Positions 28,274 to 38,016 of a stretch of DNA of 63,061 nucleotides are shown piece by piece. The notes beneath the pieces were generated by a model that worked only from the letters and a program-made list of their open reading frames with translations, was not told the origin of the DNA and ran no database searches. Position numbers and translations under genes: made by a program. Source of the DNA: an uncultured Candidatus Saccharibacteria bacterium (lineage in GTDB: Bacteria > Patescibacteriota > Minisyncoccia > Minisyncoccales > JAGGXC01); NCBI GenBank assembly GCA_964445905.1, contig CAYUNN010000007.1:1-63061 (forward strand), given 5' to 3'. The stretch's first letter is position 1. Every line of letters starts with the position of its first letter.

Positions 28274-28279
28274 GATAAT

Positions 28280-28855
28280 TTAATACTTCTCCTCTTCTAT
28301 TTTGCTTGCCTGAGGAGAAGATTGACCAGCGTATTTATGATCTTTTTGTTTTAAGTAAGGAGTTTCTGAAGGTGAAGACAGAGTTTCAAAAGTCATAGCA
28401 CAAATCCTTATTCCAGGATAAAGAGCAATGGGAATCACGCCTAAATTACCTACTTCCATTATAGCTTTTCCTCTCCACCCCGGATCAAATCTGGCCGCCG
28501 TAGAATGAACTACTAGCCCAAGCCTTCCGAGAGAACTTCTTCCATCAAGTCTTCCCATAATATCGGAAGGTAAAATGATTTTTTCTTTTGTCACCGCAAT
28601 AACAAAATCCCTTGGCCTTAAGATTAAAGGTTTTTCTTGAGTAATCTTAACTTCAGTCATTATCTCGTCAATGGGAGTTTTGTGATCATTTAAATCGATA
28701 AAAGGATGCTCGGTATGTTTGAAAAGCTTGAAAGATTCTCCTAAGTGCAAATCAAGAGAGCAAGGACCTAATTGTTTTTCAAAATCGGGCTCAGGAATAA
28801 TTTTGATTTTGCCTTCTAGGATATTTTTCTTAATGTCTCTGTCAGAAAGAATCAT
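28280..28855 (-). CDS. dcd: dCTP deaminase
   Basis: MILSDRDI...GPCSLDLHLGE...DGRSSLGRLGL.VH.TA...DPGW.G....E..N typical Dcd pattern. Confidence 0.85.
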   Translation of the reverse strand: MILSDRDIKKNILEGKIKIIPEPDFEKQLGPCSLDLHLGESFKLFKHTEHPFIDLNDHKTPIDEIMTEVKITQEKPLILRPRDFVIAVTKEKIILPSDIMGRLDGRSSLGRLGLVVHSTAARFDPGWRGKAIMEVGNLGVIPIALYPGIRICAMTFETLSSPSETPYLKQKDHKYAGQSSPQASKIEEEKY

Positions 28856-28880
28856 AAATAGTCTTTGATTAATTTAAATA

Positions 28881-29309
28881 TTACGACTGTTTTATTTCAA
28901 GTCCCATACTCTTCGCTGTCCCCTCGACAATCTTCATAGCTTGTTTAATATCATTTGTATTCAGATCTTTTATTTTTTTCTGAGCGATTTCTTTGATTTG
29001 TTCTTGAGAAATAGTTCCTGCTTTATTCCGATTTGGTTCTTTAGACCCCTTTTCCAAGCCAATGGTTTTTTTAATTAATTCAGAAGTTGGCGGTTGTTTT
29101 AACTTAAAGTCGTAAGACCCGTCTTCGTAAACTTTAATTTCAACAGGAATCAACCATCCTTTTTGATCTGATGTCTTATCGTTAAACTTCTGGCAGAACT
29201 CAGAAATATTAATTCTGTGCTGGGCCAAGCTTGGCCCAATGGGAGGCGCTGGAGTAGCCTTACCAGCTGGAACCTGAAGTTTTATTATTGTTTTAACTTT
29301 TTTTGCCAT
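28881..29309 (-). CDS. rplK: 50S ribosomal protein L11
   Basis: MAKKVKTIIKLQVPAGKATPAPPIGPSLAQ. Start placed at 29309; the ORF is open to 29351. Confidence 0.92.
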   Translation of the reverse strand: MAKKVKTIIKLQVPAGKATPAPPIGPSLAQHRINISEFCQKFNDKTSDQKGWLIPVEIKVYEDGSYDFKLKQPPTSELIKKTIGLEKGSKEPNRNKAGTISQEQIKEIAQKKIKDLNTNDIKQAMKIVEGTAKSMGLEIKQS

Positions 29310-29322
29310 ATTAAACTTAAAT

Positions 29323-29868
29323 TTAAACTTTCTTAATTTGTAATGAATCAAGCTCTACCGGAGTATCTCTGCCAAACATGTCAACAAGAACCTTAATTTT
29401 TCCTCTTTCAAGATCAACATCATCAATTTTTCCTTCTAAATCTTTAAAAGGGCCATCAATAATTTTGACTAAGTCTCCTTTCTTGAACTTAATTTTATAT
29501 TTCGGTTCCTCTGTCCCTATTCTAGACTTTAAACCATCAATTTCTTTGTTCTTAACGGGGATGGGAATTGTACCTGCTCCGATAAAACCAGTGACCCGGG
29601 GAGTATTCCTCACGACATACCAAGAATCATCAGTAACAACCATTTCTACTAAGATATAGCCAGGATATATTTTTTCTTCTATAACTTTTCTTTTTCCATT
29701 CTTTATCTTTATTTTTTTCTCTTTGGGAACCAGAACATTAAAAATCTTATCTTCCATGCCTAAATTCTCAACCCTCTGCTTAAGATTTTTAGCAACTGCG
29801 TCTTCGTAACCAGAATAGGTGTGAATTACATACCATCTTCTATCTTGTGAAATTTTTTGTCTTGGCAT
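29323..29868 (-). CDS. nusG: Transcription termination/antitermination factor NusG
   Basis: WYVIHTYSGYE NGN domain and a KOW motif (GDLVKIIDGPFKDLEGKI). Confidence 0.92.
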   Translation of the reverse strand: MPRQKISQDRRWYVIHTYSGYEDAVAKNLKQRVENLGMEDKIFNVLVPKEKKIKIKNGKRKVIEEKIYPGYILVEMVVTDDSWYVVRNTPRVTGFIGAGTIPIPVKNKEIDGLKSRIGTEEPKYKIKFKKGDLVKIIDGPFKDLEGKIDDVDLERGKIKVLVDMFGRDTPVELDSLQIKKV

Positions 29869-29881
29869 AATTAATAGAAGA

Positions 29882-30094
29882 TTAGCTTATAATAAACTTC
29901 TCAATAAGCTTGGTAAATATAAAATCAAGCCCGCCCAAAAAAGCTGCTACTACGGCAGAAACCATTATAACGATAAGAGTATATCTTAAAGCTTCCTTTC
30001 TGGTAGGCCAATTAACTTTTTTAAGCTCTAATTGAACCTCTTTAAAGAAACTGCTAATTTTCCCAGGAATATTTTTAATTTTATTTATTTTCAT
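29882..30094 (-). CDS. secE: Preprotein translocase subunit SecE
   Basis: 70-aa protein with KKVNWPTRKE and a single C-terminal TM helix, directly upstream of nusG. Confidence 0.85.
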   Translation of the reverse strand: MKINKIKNIPGKISSFFKEVQLELKKVNWPTRKEALRYTLIVIMVSAVVAAFLGGLDFIFTKLIEKFIIS

Positions 30095-30115
30095 GTTAGC
30101 TAGCCTTATTTAAAA

Positions 30116-30129
30116 AGCCCTTGCGGGCT
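30116..30129 (-). terminator. Intrinsic terminator after the capA-like gene
   Basis: Minus strand agccc-gcaa-gggct followed by tttt. Confidence 0.6.
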
Positions 30130-30171
30130 CATTTATAATCTTATCATAAAAAAACCCTCTGTCAAGAAAAT

Positions 30172-31200
30172 TTAATCTTGCAACTCAACCCAGAAATAAT
30201 CACTAATCTTTGTTTTCTTCTCAACAACTTTTTCTATTCTACCATTTGTTATAACAATCTCCAATAGCAATCCTTCCATAGTTTCTTCAGAAAAACTTTG
30301 ATCAAAAATAAAATTACCTAAACTATAGGCAATCCAACCATCCTTATATCTCTCTACTTCTTGAACTACATGAGGGTGGTGACCTAAAAAAACATCAGCT
30401 CCAGCATCAATAGATGCTCGAGCGAATTCTTTCTGAAAAGCAGAAGGATTAAGAGAATATTCGTCTCCGGCATGTAAAGAAACAAACAAAACATCTGTTT
30501 CTCTTTTAGCTTTGTTTATTTGATCGCTAATCCTGCTTATGTCATCCCAGTTTATCCAGGCCATACCGGAATTATTATCATGGGCTTTCCATGACTTGGG
30601 ACCTAAATTAGTATAAGCCAAAAAACCAATTTTAATGCCTTTGACTTCTTTAATTTTTAAAGAAAACGCTTTTTCTTCATTGAATCCGGCTCCGGCATAA
30701 ATAATACCATTCTCTTCTAAATATATCATTGTATCTTCCAGAGCAATCCTCGAATAATCAAACATGTGATTATTTGCTAAAGATAAAACATTAAAACCAG
30801 CATAATTAAGACCATCTAAAATACTAGGGCTCATTCTAAAAGAATATATGCTACCAATCTTTACTCCCCTTTCTGAAATTGGGCCTTCTAAATTCCCAAA
30901 CAAAATATCTGCTTTATTTAAATAATCAGCTATTTTCAAAAAAGGAAACTTAAAATCTCCGTCTCCTTCTTTCTGAACCATATACTCTACTCCTCTATTC
31001 AGCATAATATCCCCCACCGCAATAACGATAATGTCTTTTTCTTCTTCTCGCTGATCAAGAGGCAAAATAGAAGCAGTTTTTCTTTCCGTTTTAAAATAAT
31101 CTTCCTCATAACTAACAGGTAAAATATAATTAGCAAAAAGAATAAAAATTGTAAAAATTAAAATTAATACGGCAAAAAAATATAGGATAAGATTTTTCAT
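30172..31200 (-). CDS. CapA/PGA-biosynthesis-family metallophosphoesterase (signal-anchored)
   Basis: AVGDIMLNRG, LANNHMFDY, GHHPHVVQ. Start placed at MKNLILYFF (31200); the ORF is open to 31245. Confidence 0.75.
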   Translation of the reverse strand: MKNLILYFFAVLILIFTIFILFANYILPVSYEEDYFKTERKTASILPLDQREEEKDIIVIAVGDIMLNRGVEYMVQKEGDGDFKFPFLKIADYLNKADILFGNLEGPISERGVKIGSIYSFRMSPSILDGLNYAGFNVLSLANNHMFDYSRIALEDTMIYLEENGIIYAGAGFNEEKAFSLKIKEVKGIKIGFLAYTNLGPKSWKAHDNNSGMAWINWDDISRISDQINKAKRETDVLFVSLHAGDEYSLNPSAFQKEFARASIDAGADVFLGHHPHVVQEVERYKDGWIAYSLGNFIFDQSFSEETMEGLLLEIVITNGRIEKVVEKKTKISDYFWVELQD

Positions 31201-31268
31201 AAAGCAAAAAATATTAGCTCGTTCAAAAAAAGAAGAGCTAATCAATTTTTATTTTCCTAAACAAATAA

Positions 31269-33266
31269 TTATACATCAAGATTCTTTACAGCCTTAGCAT
31301 GGGTTTGAATAAATCTCTTTCTCGGAAAAACTTCTTTTCCCATTAAGGTGTCAAAGATATGATCAGCTGCCTGAGCATCTCCTATGGTAACTTTCAGCAA
31401 AGTTCTGTTTTCTGGATTCATGGTAGTTTCCCAGAGTTGGTCAGGATTCATTTCTCCCAAACCCTTGTATCTTTGAACTGAAGGGTTTTGATTATTCTTC
31501 TTCATGTTTTCTATAATCTCCGATTTGTCTGCTTCGGCATAAGCATACTCTATTTGCTTTCCTGCTTGAACACGGTACAAGGGAGGTTGAGCAATAAATA
31601 AATGACCATTTTCAATTATTGGCTGAAAGTAACGATAAAAAAATGTTAAAAGCAAAGTTCTAATATGAGCCCCATCAACATCAGCATCGGTCATAATAAT
31701 AATTCTATGATATCTGAGTTTTTCAAGATCAAAGTCTTCAGAAATTGCAGTTCCTAAAGCAATAATCAAAGACTTGATCTCTTTAGAAGATAAAATTCTG
31801 TCTAATCTTGCCCTTTCTACATTGAGTATTTTCCCCTTTAACGGCAATATAGCTTGGAATCTTCTGTCTCTCCCTTGTTTGCTAGAACCAGCCGCACTAT
31901 CTCCTTCAACAATATATAGCTCGGATTCTTCTGGTTTTCGAGAAGAACAATCAGCCAACTTTCCAGGAAGAGTTAGCCCTCCAAGAACCCCCTTTCTTAT
32001 AACAGTTTGCTTAGCTGCTCTAGCCGCGTCTCTTGCCTTCTTGGACAAAAGACAGCTTTCAATTATAGCCCTAGCATCGCGCGGATTTCTTTCTAGAAAA
32101 TCAGCCAAACCCATTGCCATTGTTCTTTCAACTGCTATTTTTACTTCCGGATTACCAAGCCTTGCTTTTGTTTGTCCTTCAAATTGAGGGTTTTCTATTT
32201 TAACTGAAACTACCCCGGTAAAACCCTCTCTAACGTCCTGACCGCTTAAATTATTGTCTGAGTCTTTAAAATAGCCCTCTTTTCTCGCATAATCATTTAA
32301 AGTTCTGGTAAGCGCTGCTCTTAAACCAGTAAGATGAGTTCCTCCTTCTCCGGTATATATATTATTGGCAAAGCTTTCTTCAAAACACTCTCTTTCTTCT
32401 GTGTATCTAAAAGCAACTTCGACAATCGCTCCATCAATTTCATTTAAAGTATAAAAAGTTTTATCATGCTTCGGCTTAGACTCTTTAATTAAATATCTAA
32501 CATAAGAAGCTAACCCACCATCAAAATAAAAAGTATAGGAAAGATGTTTTTCTGAATCTTCATCTCTTAAGTCTCTAACTATAACCTTGGCTCCTTTCGT
32601 CAGATATGCTTGCTGTCGGAGATGTTTCAGAATTCTGTCAAAATTAAAATTTGTTTCGCTAAAAATTTCTGGGTCTGGTTCGAAAATTACTGTTGTCCCG
32701 TTTCTTTCACACTTTCCTTCTTTCTTAACCTTTGTCTTGACATCTCCTTTCGCATACTCTTGAACGTACTTTATTCCATCACGACAAACCTCTGCTCTCA
32801 GATAGCTGGACAAGGCACAAACAACGGAAACACCAACCCCGTGCAATCCTCCTGCTACCTGATAAGCCTTCCCTCCAAACTTGGCTCCAGCATGAAGAGT
32901 AGTCATTACTGTTTCTAGAGCCGATTTGCCAGTTTGAGGATGCTTGTCAGTAGGAATTCCACGACCATCATCTCTGGTTCTAACTCTATTGCCCGGTAAT
33001 AAATCAACTTCTACTTGGCTCGCATAACCAGCAATAGCCTCGTCTAAAGAATTGTCTACGCATTCCCATATCAGATGATGAAGACCATCGGTTCCAGTAG
33101 AACCGATATACATTCCTGGTCTTTTTCTTACAGGCTCTAATCCCTTGAGAACATAAATATCTTTCGCGTTATAATCAACTTTTTTCTTTACTTCTTTATC
33201 TTTTTGAATAGTTAATTCTTTTTTACTCTTCTTTATTTCTTTTTTTATTTTTTTCTCTCCTGGCAT
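31269..33266 (-). CDS. gyrB: DNA gyrase subunit B
   Basis: GLEPVRKRPGMYIG, GLHGVG, EGDSAGG, PLKGKILNV, IMTDADVDGAHI. Confidence 0.95.
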   Translation of the reverse strand: MPGEKKIKKEIKKSKKELTIQKDKEVKKKVDYNAKDIYVLKGLEPVRKRPGMYIGSTGTDGLHHLIWECVDNSLDEAIAGYASQVEVDLLPGNRVRTRDDGRGIPTDKHPQTGKSALETVMTTLHAGAKFGGKAYQVAGGLHGVGVSVVCALSSYLRAEVCRDGIKYVQEYAKGDVKTKVKKEGKCERNGTTVIFEPDPEIFSETNFNFDRILKHLRQQAYLTKGAKVIVRDLRDEDSEKHLSYTFYFDGGLASYVRYLIKESKPKHDKTFYTLNEIDGAIVEVAFRYTEERECFEESFANNIYTGEGGTHLTGLRAALTRTLNDYARKEGYFKDSDNNLSGQDVREGFTGVVSVKIENPQFEGQTKARLGNPEVKIAVERTMAMGLADFLERNPRDARAIIESCLLSKKARDAARAAKQTVIRKGVLGGLTLPGKLADCSSRKPEESELYIVEGDSAAGSSKQGRDRRFQAILPLKGKILNVERARLDRILSSKEIKSLIIALGTAISEDFDLEKLRYHRIIIMTDADVDGAHIRTLLLTFFYRYFQPIIENGHLFIAQPPLYRVQAGKQIEYAYAEADKSEIIENMKKNNQNPSVQRYKGLGEMNPDQLWETTMNPENRTLLKVTIGDAQAADHIFDTLMGKEVFPRKRFIQTHAKAVKNLDV

Positions 33267-33295
33267 AATATTTTTAATAAATTAATTTCTATTAT

Positions 33296-35350
33296 TTATT
33301 TACGAACCTCCCAGTCAATTTTTTCTTCTAAAGCATTAATAATTTTTTTCTGAACTGTTTCAATTTCTTCTTTCTCAAGAGTTCTGTCTTCTGCTTGATA
33401 AATAATATGGAAAGCTAAATTCTTCTTTCCTTCCGGAACACCGGAACCATCATAAATATCAAAAATATCGACATCTCTTATTAGAGATCCTCCCGTGTTA
33501 TTAATTAGATTTAAAACTTCGACTACTTTCACACTGCTGGGAACCAAAACAGCTAAATCTCTAATTGCTGCAGGAAATCTTGATACGGGTTGATATTCAT
33601 GCTCTTCGGTGCAAAATGCTTGCAATTTATCAAAGTCAATATTAAAAGCGAAAACTCTTTCTAAAATATTAAATTCTTCTAACGTTTTAAGAGAAATTTC
33701 TCCCAAAAAACCTATCTCCTTACTCCCTATTTTAATTTCTGCCCTTGATCCAGATTTCCAGATAGACAAAGCTGAATTTTCAGGCGTTGGCTCAAATTCG
33801 TCATACCAAACATCAGCAATTCCTAGACTTTCAAAAAGAAAATCAAGAATACCTTTTAACACAAAAAAATTGTTAGAATTATTTATAGGATCCACTATCA
33901 TGCCCGTTAAAAATCTTTTTTCCAACTCTTTGAAATCATGATAAGTTTTACCTAATTCAAAAATCCTTATTTCAGAAAAATTCTTCAGGTTTTTTTTTGT
34001 ATTACCTAGAATACCAGAAATAAGAGATGGTCTTAAATATTTATGATCAAGGCTTATCGGATTTTTAACTTCAATTAAATTATTTTTCGAAAAACAGCAA
34101 CTATCTGCTTCTTTTTCACTTATAAAAGAATAATTATATACCTCGGAAAAATTACATTCTTTTAAAATATCTTTGCATTTATTTTCCCAAAATATTTCAT
34201 TGTTCCTTTCAGGAGGAACAGCTAAAACATAGGGTGTTCTGGCTGGGATCCTATCAAAACCATAAATTCTGCCTATTTCTTCTATTAGATCTTGAGGGAT
34301 AGATAAGTCTTTTCTGAAAGTGGGAATTTCAATAAGTAATTCTTCTCCCTTTGAAGATAAAATCTTTAATTCAAGGTTTTTTAAAATATCAATGATTATT
34401 TTTTTATCTATTTCAATTCCTAATAAACTTTTTACTTGACTTAAATTAAGCTTTATTTTTATAGATTTTACTTTGCGAGGATAAACGTCTATTACTCCCT
34501 TAGCAACTTTTCCGCCACACAAGTCTTTGACTATTTGAGCTGCTCTATTAATGGCAAGAATAGTTAAATTGGGATCTGGCTCATGCTCAAACCTTAGAGA
34601 TGCGTCAGTCTGAAGAGATAGTTTTTGTCTTGCTCGGCGAATAGCAAGCATATCAAAATTAGCCGACTCAATAACTATATTCTTAGTCTCTTCTGTAATT
34701 TCTGCTTTTCTCCCTCCTTTTATCCCGGCAATAGCTAAAACATCTTTTTCGTCAGCTATAACTAAAACATCTGATCCTAATTTGTATTGATTGTCGTCCA
34801 AAGCATCTATCTTTTCTCCCCTTTCTGCCTTCCTGACAATTATTTTCTTTTTTTCATTCCCTGCCAACTTATCTAAATCAAAAGCGTGAAGGGGTTGCCC
34901 TGTTTCAATCATTACATAATTAAGAATGTCAACTATGTTGTTAATTGATTGTAATCCCAATACCTCCAGTCTTTCTTTTATTCTCTCGGGAGTCTTGTCT
35001 ACTTTAACATCGATTAACACTCTGGCATTATAGCGAGGACATAATTCTTTTTCTTTAACTTCAACACTAATAAAATCAGAACCATTAACTTCTTTGTCTT
35101 CTTTAACAGAAAAAGAAGGTTTGCTCATCTTGTTTTTTGTAATCACTGAACACTCTCTTGCAACCCCAATAAATGACAAACAATCATGAGCTCTATTAGG
35201 CAAAACATCAACATTAATAAGCCAATCATTATTTTTTCTCTTAACATCTTCTACTTCAAAAGAATGTAGAGACAAAAGATCAGCTAATTTTTTAGCGCTA
35301 GGAACTGTTCCTTTTAGATAATCTTTTAACCAATTATATGAAACTAACAT
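33296..35350 (-). CDS. pheT: Phenylalanyl-tRNA synthetase beta subunit
   Basis: MLVSYNWLKDYL N-terminus plus B3/4, B5 and FDX-ACB-like regions, directly downstream of pheS. Confidence 0.9.
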   Translation of the reverse strand: MLVSYNWLKDYLKGTVPSAKKLADLLSLHSFEVEDVKRKNNDWLINVDVLPNRAHDCLSFIGVARECSVITKNKMSKPSFSVKEDKEVNGSDFISVEVKEKELCPRYNARVLIDVKVDKTPERIKERLEVLGLQSINNIVDILNYVMIETGQPLHAFDLDKLAGNEKKKIIVRKAERGEKIDALDDNQYKLGSDVLVIADEKDVLAIAGIKGGRKAEITEETKNIVIESANFDMLAIRRARQKLSLQTDASLRFEHEPDPNLTILAINRAAQIVKDLCGGKVAKGVIDVYPRKVKSIKIKLNLSQVKSLLGIEIDKKIIIDILKNLELKILSSKGEELLIEIPTFRKDLSIPQDLIEEIGRIYGFDRIPARTPYVLAVPPERNNEIFWENKCKDILKECNFSEVYNYSFISEKEADSCCFSKNNLIEVKNPISLDHKYLRPSLISGILGNTKKNLKNFSEIRIFELGKTYHDFKELEKRFLTGMIVDPINNSNNFFVLKGILDFLFESLGIADVWYDEFEPTPENSALSIWKSGSRAEIKIGSKEIGFLGEISLKTLEEFNILERVFAFNIDFDKLQAFCTEEHEYQPVSRFPAAIRDLAVLVPSSVKVVEVLNLINNTGGSLIRDVDIFDIYDGSGVPEGKKNLAFHIIYQAEDRTLEKEEIETVQKKIINALEEKIDWEVRK

Positions 35351-35353
35351 AAT

Positions 35354-36394
35354 TTAAAATTGTTTTAAAAATCTTAAGTCGCCGGAATACAATAAGCGAA
35401 TATCATTAATTCTGTGTCTCATCATAACCAGTCTGTCAAAACCAAGACCAAAAGCAAATCCCTGCCAATTATTAGGATTTAATCCGCCTGCTTTTAAAAC
35501 ATTGGGATGGACCATTCCTCCGGGACACAGTTCTACCCAGCCAGTCTTTCCACAAGTAGAACAGCCCTTTCCTCCGCAGATAAGACATTTAATATCTATT
35601 TCAAAGCTTGGCTCAGTAAAAGGGAAAAATCCTGGCCTTAATCTTGTTTCTATTTTTTTCTTAAAAAATCTTTTTAAAAATTCTTGGATTACTCCCTTAA
35701 AGTCAGCAACAGAAATATCCTTGTTTATCATCAATCCCTCTACTTGATAAAATTGAACATCGTGCGAAGCATCAGAAGCTTCATGGCGGAATACTCTTCC
35801 CGGAGCAATAATCCTTATCGGAGGATTATACTTTTTCATGTAGCGAATTTGAACTGGTGAAGTATGAGTTCTTAGTAAAAGATTTTTAGATGATAGCTTT
35901 TTTTTAAGCCAAAAAGTGTCCCACAAGTCTCTAGAAGGATGGTTTTGAGGAATATTCAAAGCATCAAAATTATACCATTCCGTTTCAATGTGAGGCCCTT
36001 TAACAACAGAGAAACCTATGGAATTAAAAATACCTTCTACTTCTCTTCTTATTGAAGTAAGCGGATGTAAATGACCAGTTTCCATTTTTTTGCCTGGCAA
36101 AGTGACATCTAAACCTGATTTTTCTTTTTTACTATCAATTTTATCCTTAATCTCGCAAGCTTTCTTATTAATTTCTTCCCTTAAAAAAGACTTAATATCA
36201 TTTGCTTTTTTGCCAATGCCTGCTCTTTTTTCCTTAGAAATCTCTTTTAAAGAAGCTAAAATCTTGGTAATCTCTCCTTTTTTACCAAGATATTTTCTAA
36301 AAATCACATCCAATTCTTCTAGATCTTTTGCCTCTTTTATATCTCTTTTGCCCTTATTCTTAAGACTTTGAAAGTTTAATTTCTCCATAAACAA
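35354..36394 (-). CDS. pheS: Phenylalanyl-tRNA synthetase alpha subunit
   Basis: HPLT, LRTHTSPVQIR, FRHE..DA.H...FHQ-like, FPFTEPS, GFAFGLGFDR. Confidence 0.92.
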   Translation of the reverse strand: MFMEKLNFQSLKNKGKRDIKEAKDLEELDVIFRKYLGKKGEITKILASLKEISKEKRAGIGKKANDIKSFLREEINKKACEIKDKIDSKKEKSGLDVTLPGKKMETGHLHPLTSIRREVEGIFNSIGFSVVKGPHIETEWYNFDALNIPQNHPSRDLWDTFWLKKKLSSKNLLLRTHTSPVQIRYMKKYNPPIRIIAPGRVFRHEASDASHDVQFYQVEGLMINKDISVADFKGVIQEFLKRFFKKKIETRLRPGFFPFTEPSFEIDIKCLICGGKGCSTCGKTGWVELCPGGMVHPNVLKAGGLNPNNWQGFAFGLGFDRLVMMRHRINDIRLLYSGDLRFLKQF

Positions 36395-36500
36395 AAAAAC
36401 AAATTCACTATTCTTACCATCTATTTTAACTTAAAAAATACTCTGTTTCAAGTATAAAATCTTAGTGGAAAACCAATAAAAAAAAGGGGGGTAAATCCCT

Positions 36501-36695
36501 TTATTCTATCAATTCAATTCCTTCCTCCTTTAATATTTCCTCTAATTTTCTAGAGGGTTTTTTCGTTATTATTTCTTTAATCAAAGGACTGTCCTTTGGA
36601 ATACTCATATCTACGAGCGCCATATAAATTTCATTCTTTTTCTTTTTTGGCAAGCAGTCTATTATTTCTCCCAAAGGAATTGGTGTTGGTTTTAT
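36501..36695 (-). CDS. Hypothetical small ORF (~64 aa) with a strong SD but a non-canonical ATA start (or 57 aa from TTG 36674)
   Basis: GGAGGTG (36707-36701) sits 5 nt before ATA, and an in-frame TAG lies immediately upstream. The ORF ends at TAA 36503-36501. No family recognised. Confidence 0.25.
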   Translation of the reverse strand: MKPTPIPLGEIIDCLPKKKKNEIYMALVDMSIPKDSPLIKEIITKKPSRKLEEILKEEGIELIE

Positions 36696-36742
36696 CTAAT
36701 CACCTCCATTTATTATAGTACAACATTTAAATATTTTTTCAA

Positions 36743-37978
36743 CTATTCATCAAGTTCTATATTAGATTTTAAAGCTTCTTTAGTATAAAAATTATAAGGA
36801 CTCCAAAGCATGTAACCAGCATAATCATCACCTGCTGCATCTTCTACTGCCCTTATTTCAGCCTTAACCATTTCGGCGTCATACTCCGTCCCCAGATTAA
36901 AATCTTGAAGCCAGGGCCGCAATATAATTTCATCCGCTCTATTATGTTTTTTTAAGCGATCCAGGGCAACACTAATTGATTTTTCAACTACTTCATAAGG
37001 ATATTCTGCTGGATTATCATATCCTAAAAAACCGCTACTATAATGAGAAGGATAAACCATGGGACAAATGTAATCAAAATAATCATAGGCATCTTCAATG
37101 ATTTGCCCAATACCTAAATCATTGTGGCTAACCGTAGAAAGCCCGAATAAATTAACTGACAATATTGCTTCCGGCATTTCTTTCCTAAGATAAGCAAAAA
37201 ACTCTTCCATCACTTCGTGTTTTTTAACTTCTCCTTTCCAAAAGGGAAAAACCATATCTTTTAAATTACCATCCGAGGGAAAACGGACATAATCAAAGTT
37301 TATCTCGTCAAAACCCTGATCTAGCGCATCTTTTGCAATAGATATGTTATAATCCCAAGATTCTTTTCCAGCAGGATCAATCCAAGCTAACCCAAGATTA
37401 TCTTTCCATAAATTATTAGAAGTAACTGGAATGGTTATTAATTCTTTACTGAGAATAGCTAAATCATTTCTTGCTTTCGCCAAAATAGGATCTTGGAAAA
37501 CAGTAATTCGAGCAATAACATAAAGATTATCGTCATGAAATCTTTTAATTAAAGAGTTAATATCTTTAATTCTAACTTGCCTCACTCCATATTCCTCTAC
37601 TTTTTCAACTTTAGTATCGTAGGCAACATAACCAGAAAAATCCTTAACATCGATAACAACTGCGTTGATATCAGTTTCCTTGGCTAGGTTAATTACATAA
37701 TCAATATAAGTTTCTTTGCTGGCAGACCAGCTGGTCATATAAATCGCTCTTACTATTTCTGGAACAGGAAAAGAACTGCCCTCAGAAAGATCATCTATTT
37801 CAGGCTCTTGAGAGTTGCTCTTTTCACTTAAAAGATATTCTTTATCTAAAACAGATGAAGTTAATTTTAATTGATTGCTTTCTTCAACAAAATAATCACC
37901 ATTAAAAATAAAAAAAACTCCGCCTATTGAGAAAGAAGTAATTAAAAAAGCAAAAATAACACATTTATTAACTTTCAT
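36743..37978 (-). CDS. Putative glycoside hydrolase-like TIM-barrel protein (DUF4015/COG1306-like), signal-anchored
   Basis: RAIYMTSWSA...INAVVIDVKD..G.V.YD...DYVRFP pattern. Family assignment is from memory. Confidence 0.5.
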   Translation of the reverse strand: MKVNKCVIFAFLITSFSIGGVFFIFNGDYFVEESNQLKLTSSVLDKEYLLSEKSNSQEPEIDDLSEGSSFPVPEIVRAIYMTSWSASKETYIDYVINLAKETDINAVVIDVKDFSGYVAYDTKVEKVEEYGVRQVRIKDINSLIKRFHDDNLYVIARITVFQDPILAKARNDLAILSKELITIPVTSNNLWKDNLGLAWIDPAGKESWDYNISIAKDALDQGFDEINFDYVRFPSDGNLKDMVFPFWKGEVKKHEVMEEFFAYLRKEMPEAILSVNLFGLSTVSHNDLGIGQIIEDAYDYFDYICPMVYPSHYSSGFLGYDNPAEYPYEVVEKSISVALDRLKKHNRADEIILRPWLQDFNLGTEYDAEMVKAEIRAVEDAAGDDYAGYMLWSPYNFYTKEALKSNIELDE

Positions 37979-38016
37979 TGACCCAGATAATTAAAAAATA
38001 TTTAGAAATATATTAA

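Noticed and set aside
36395-36500. T-box or other leader upstream of pheS
   Set aside because: The spacer is only ~100 nt, AT-rich, and has no specifier or terminator-antiterminator architecture visible.
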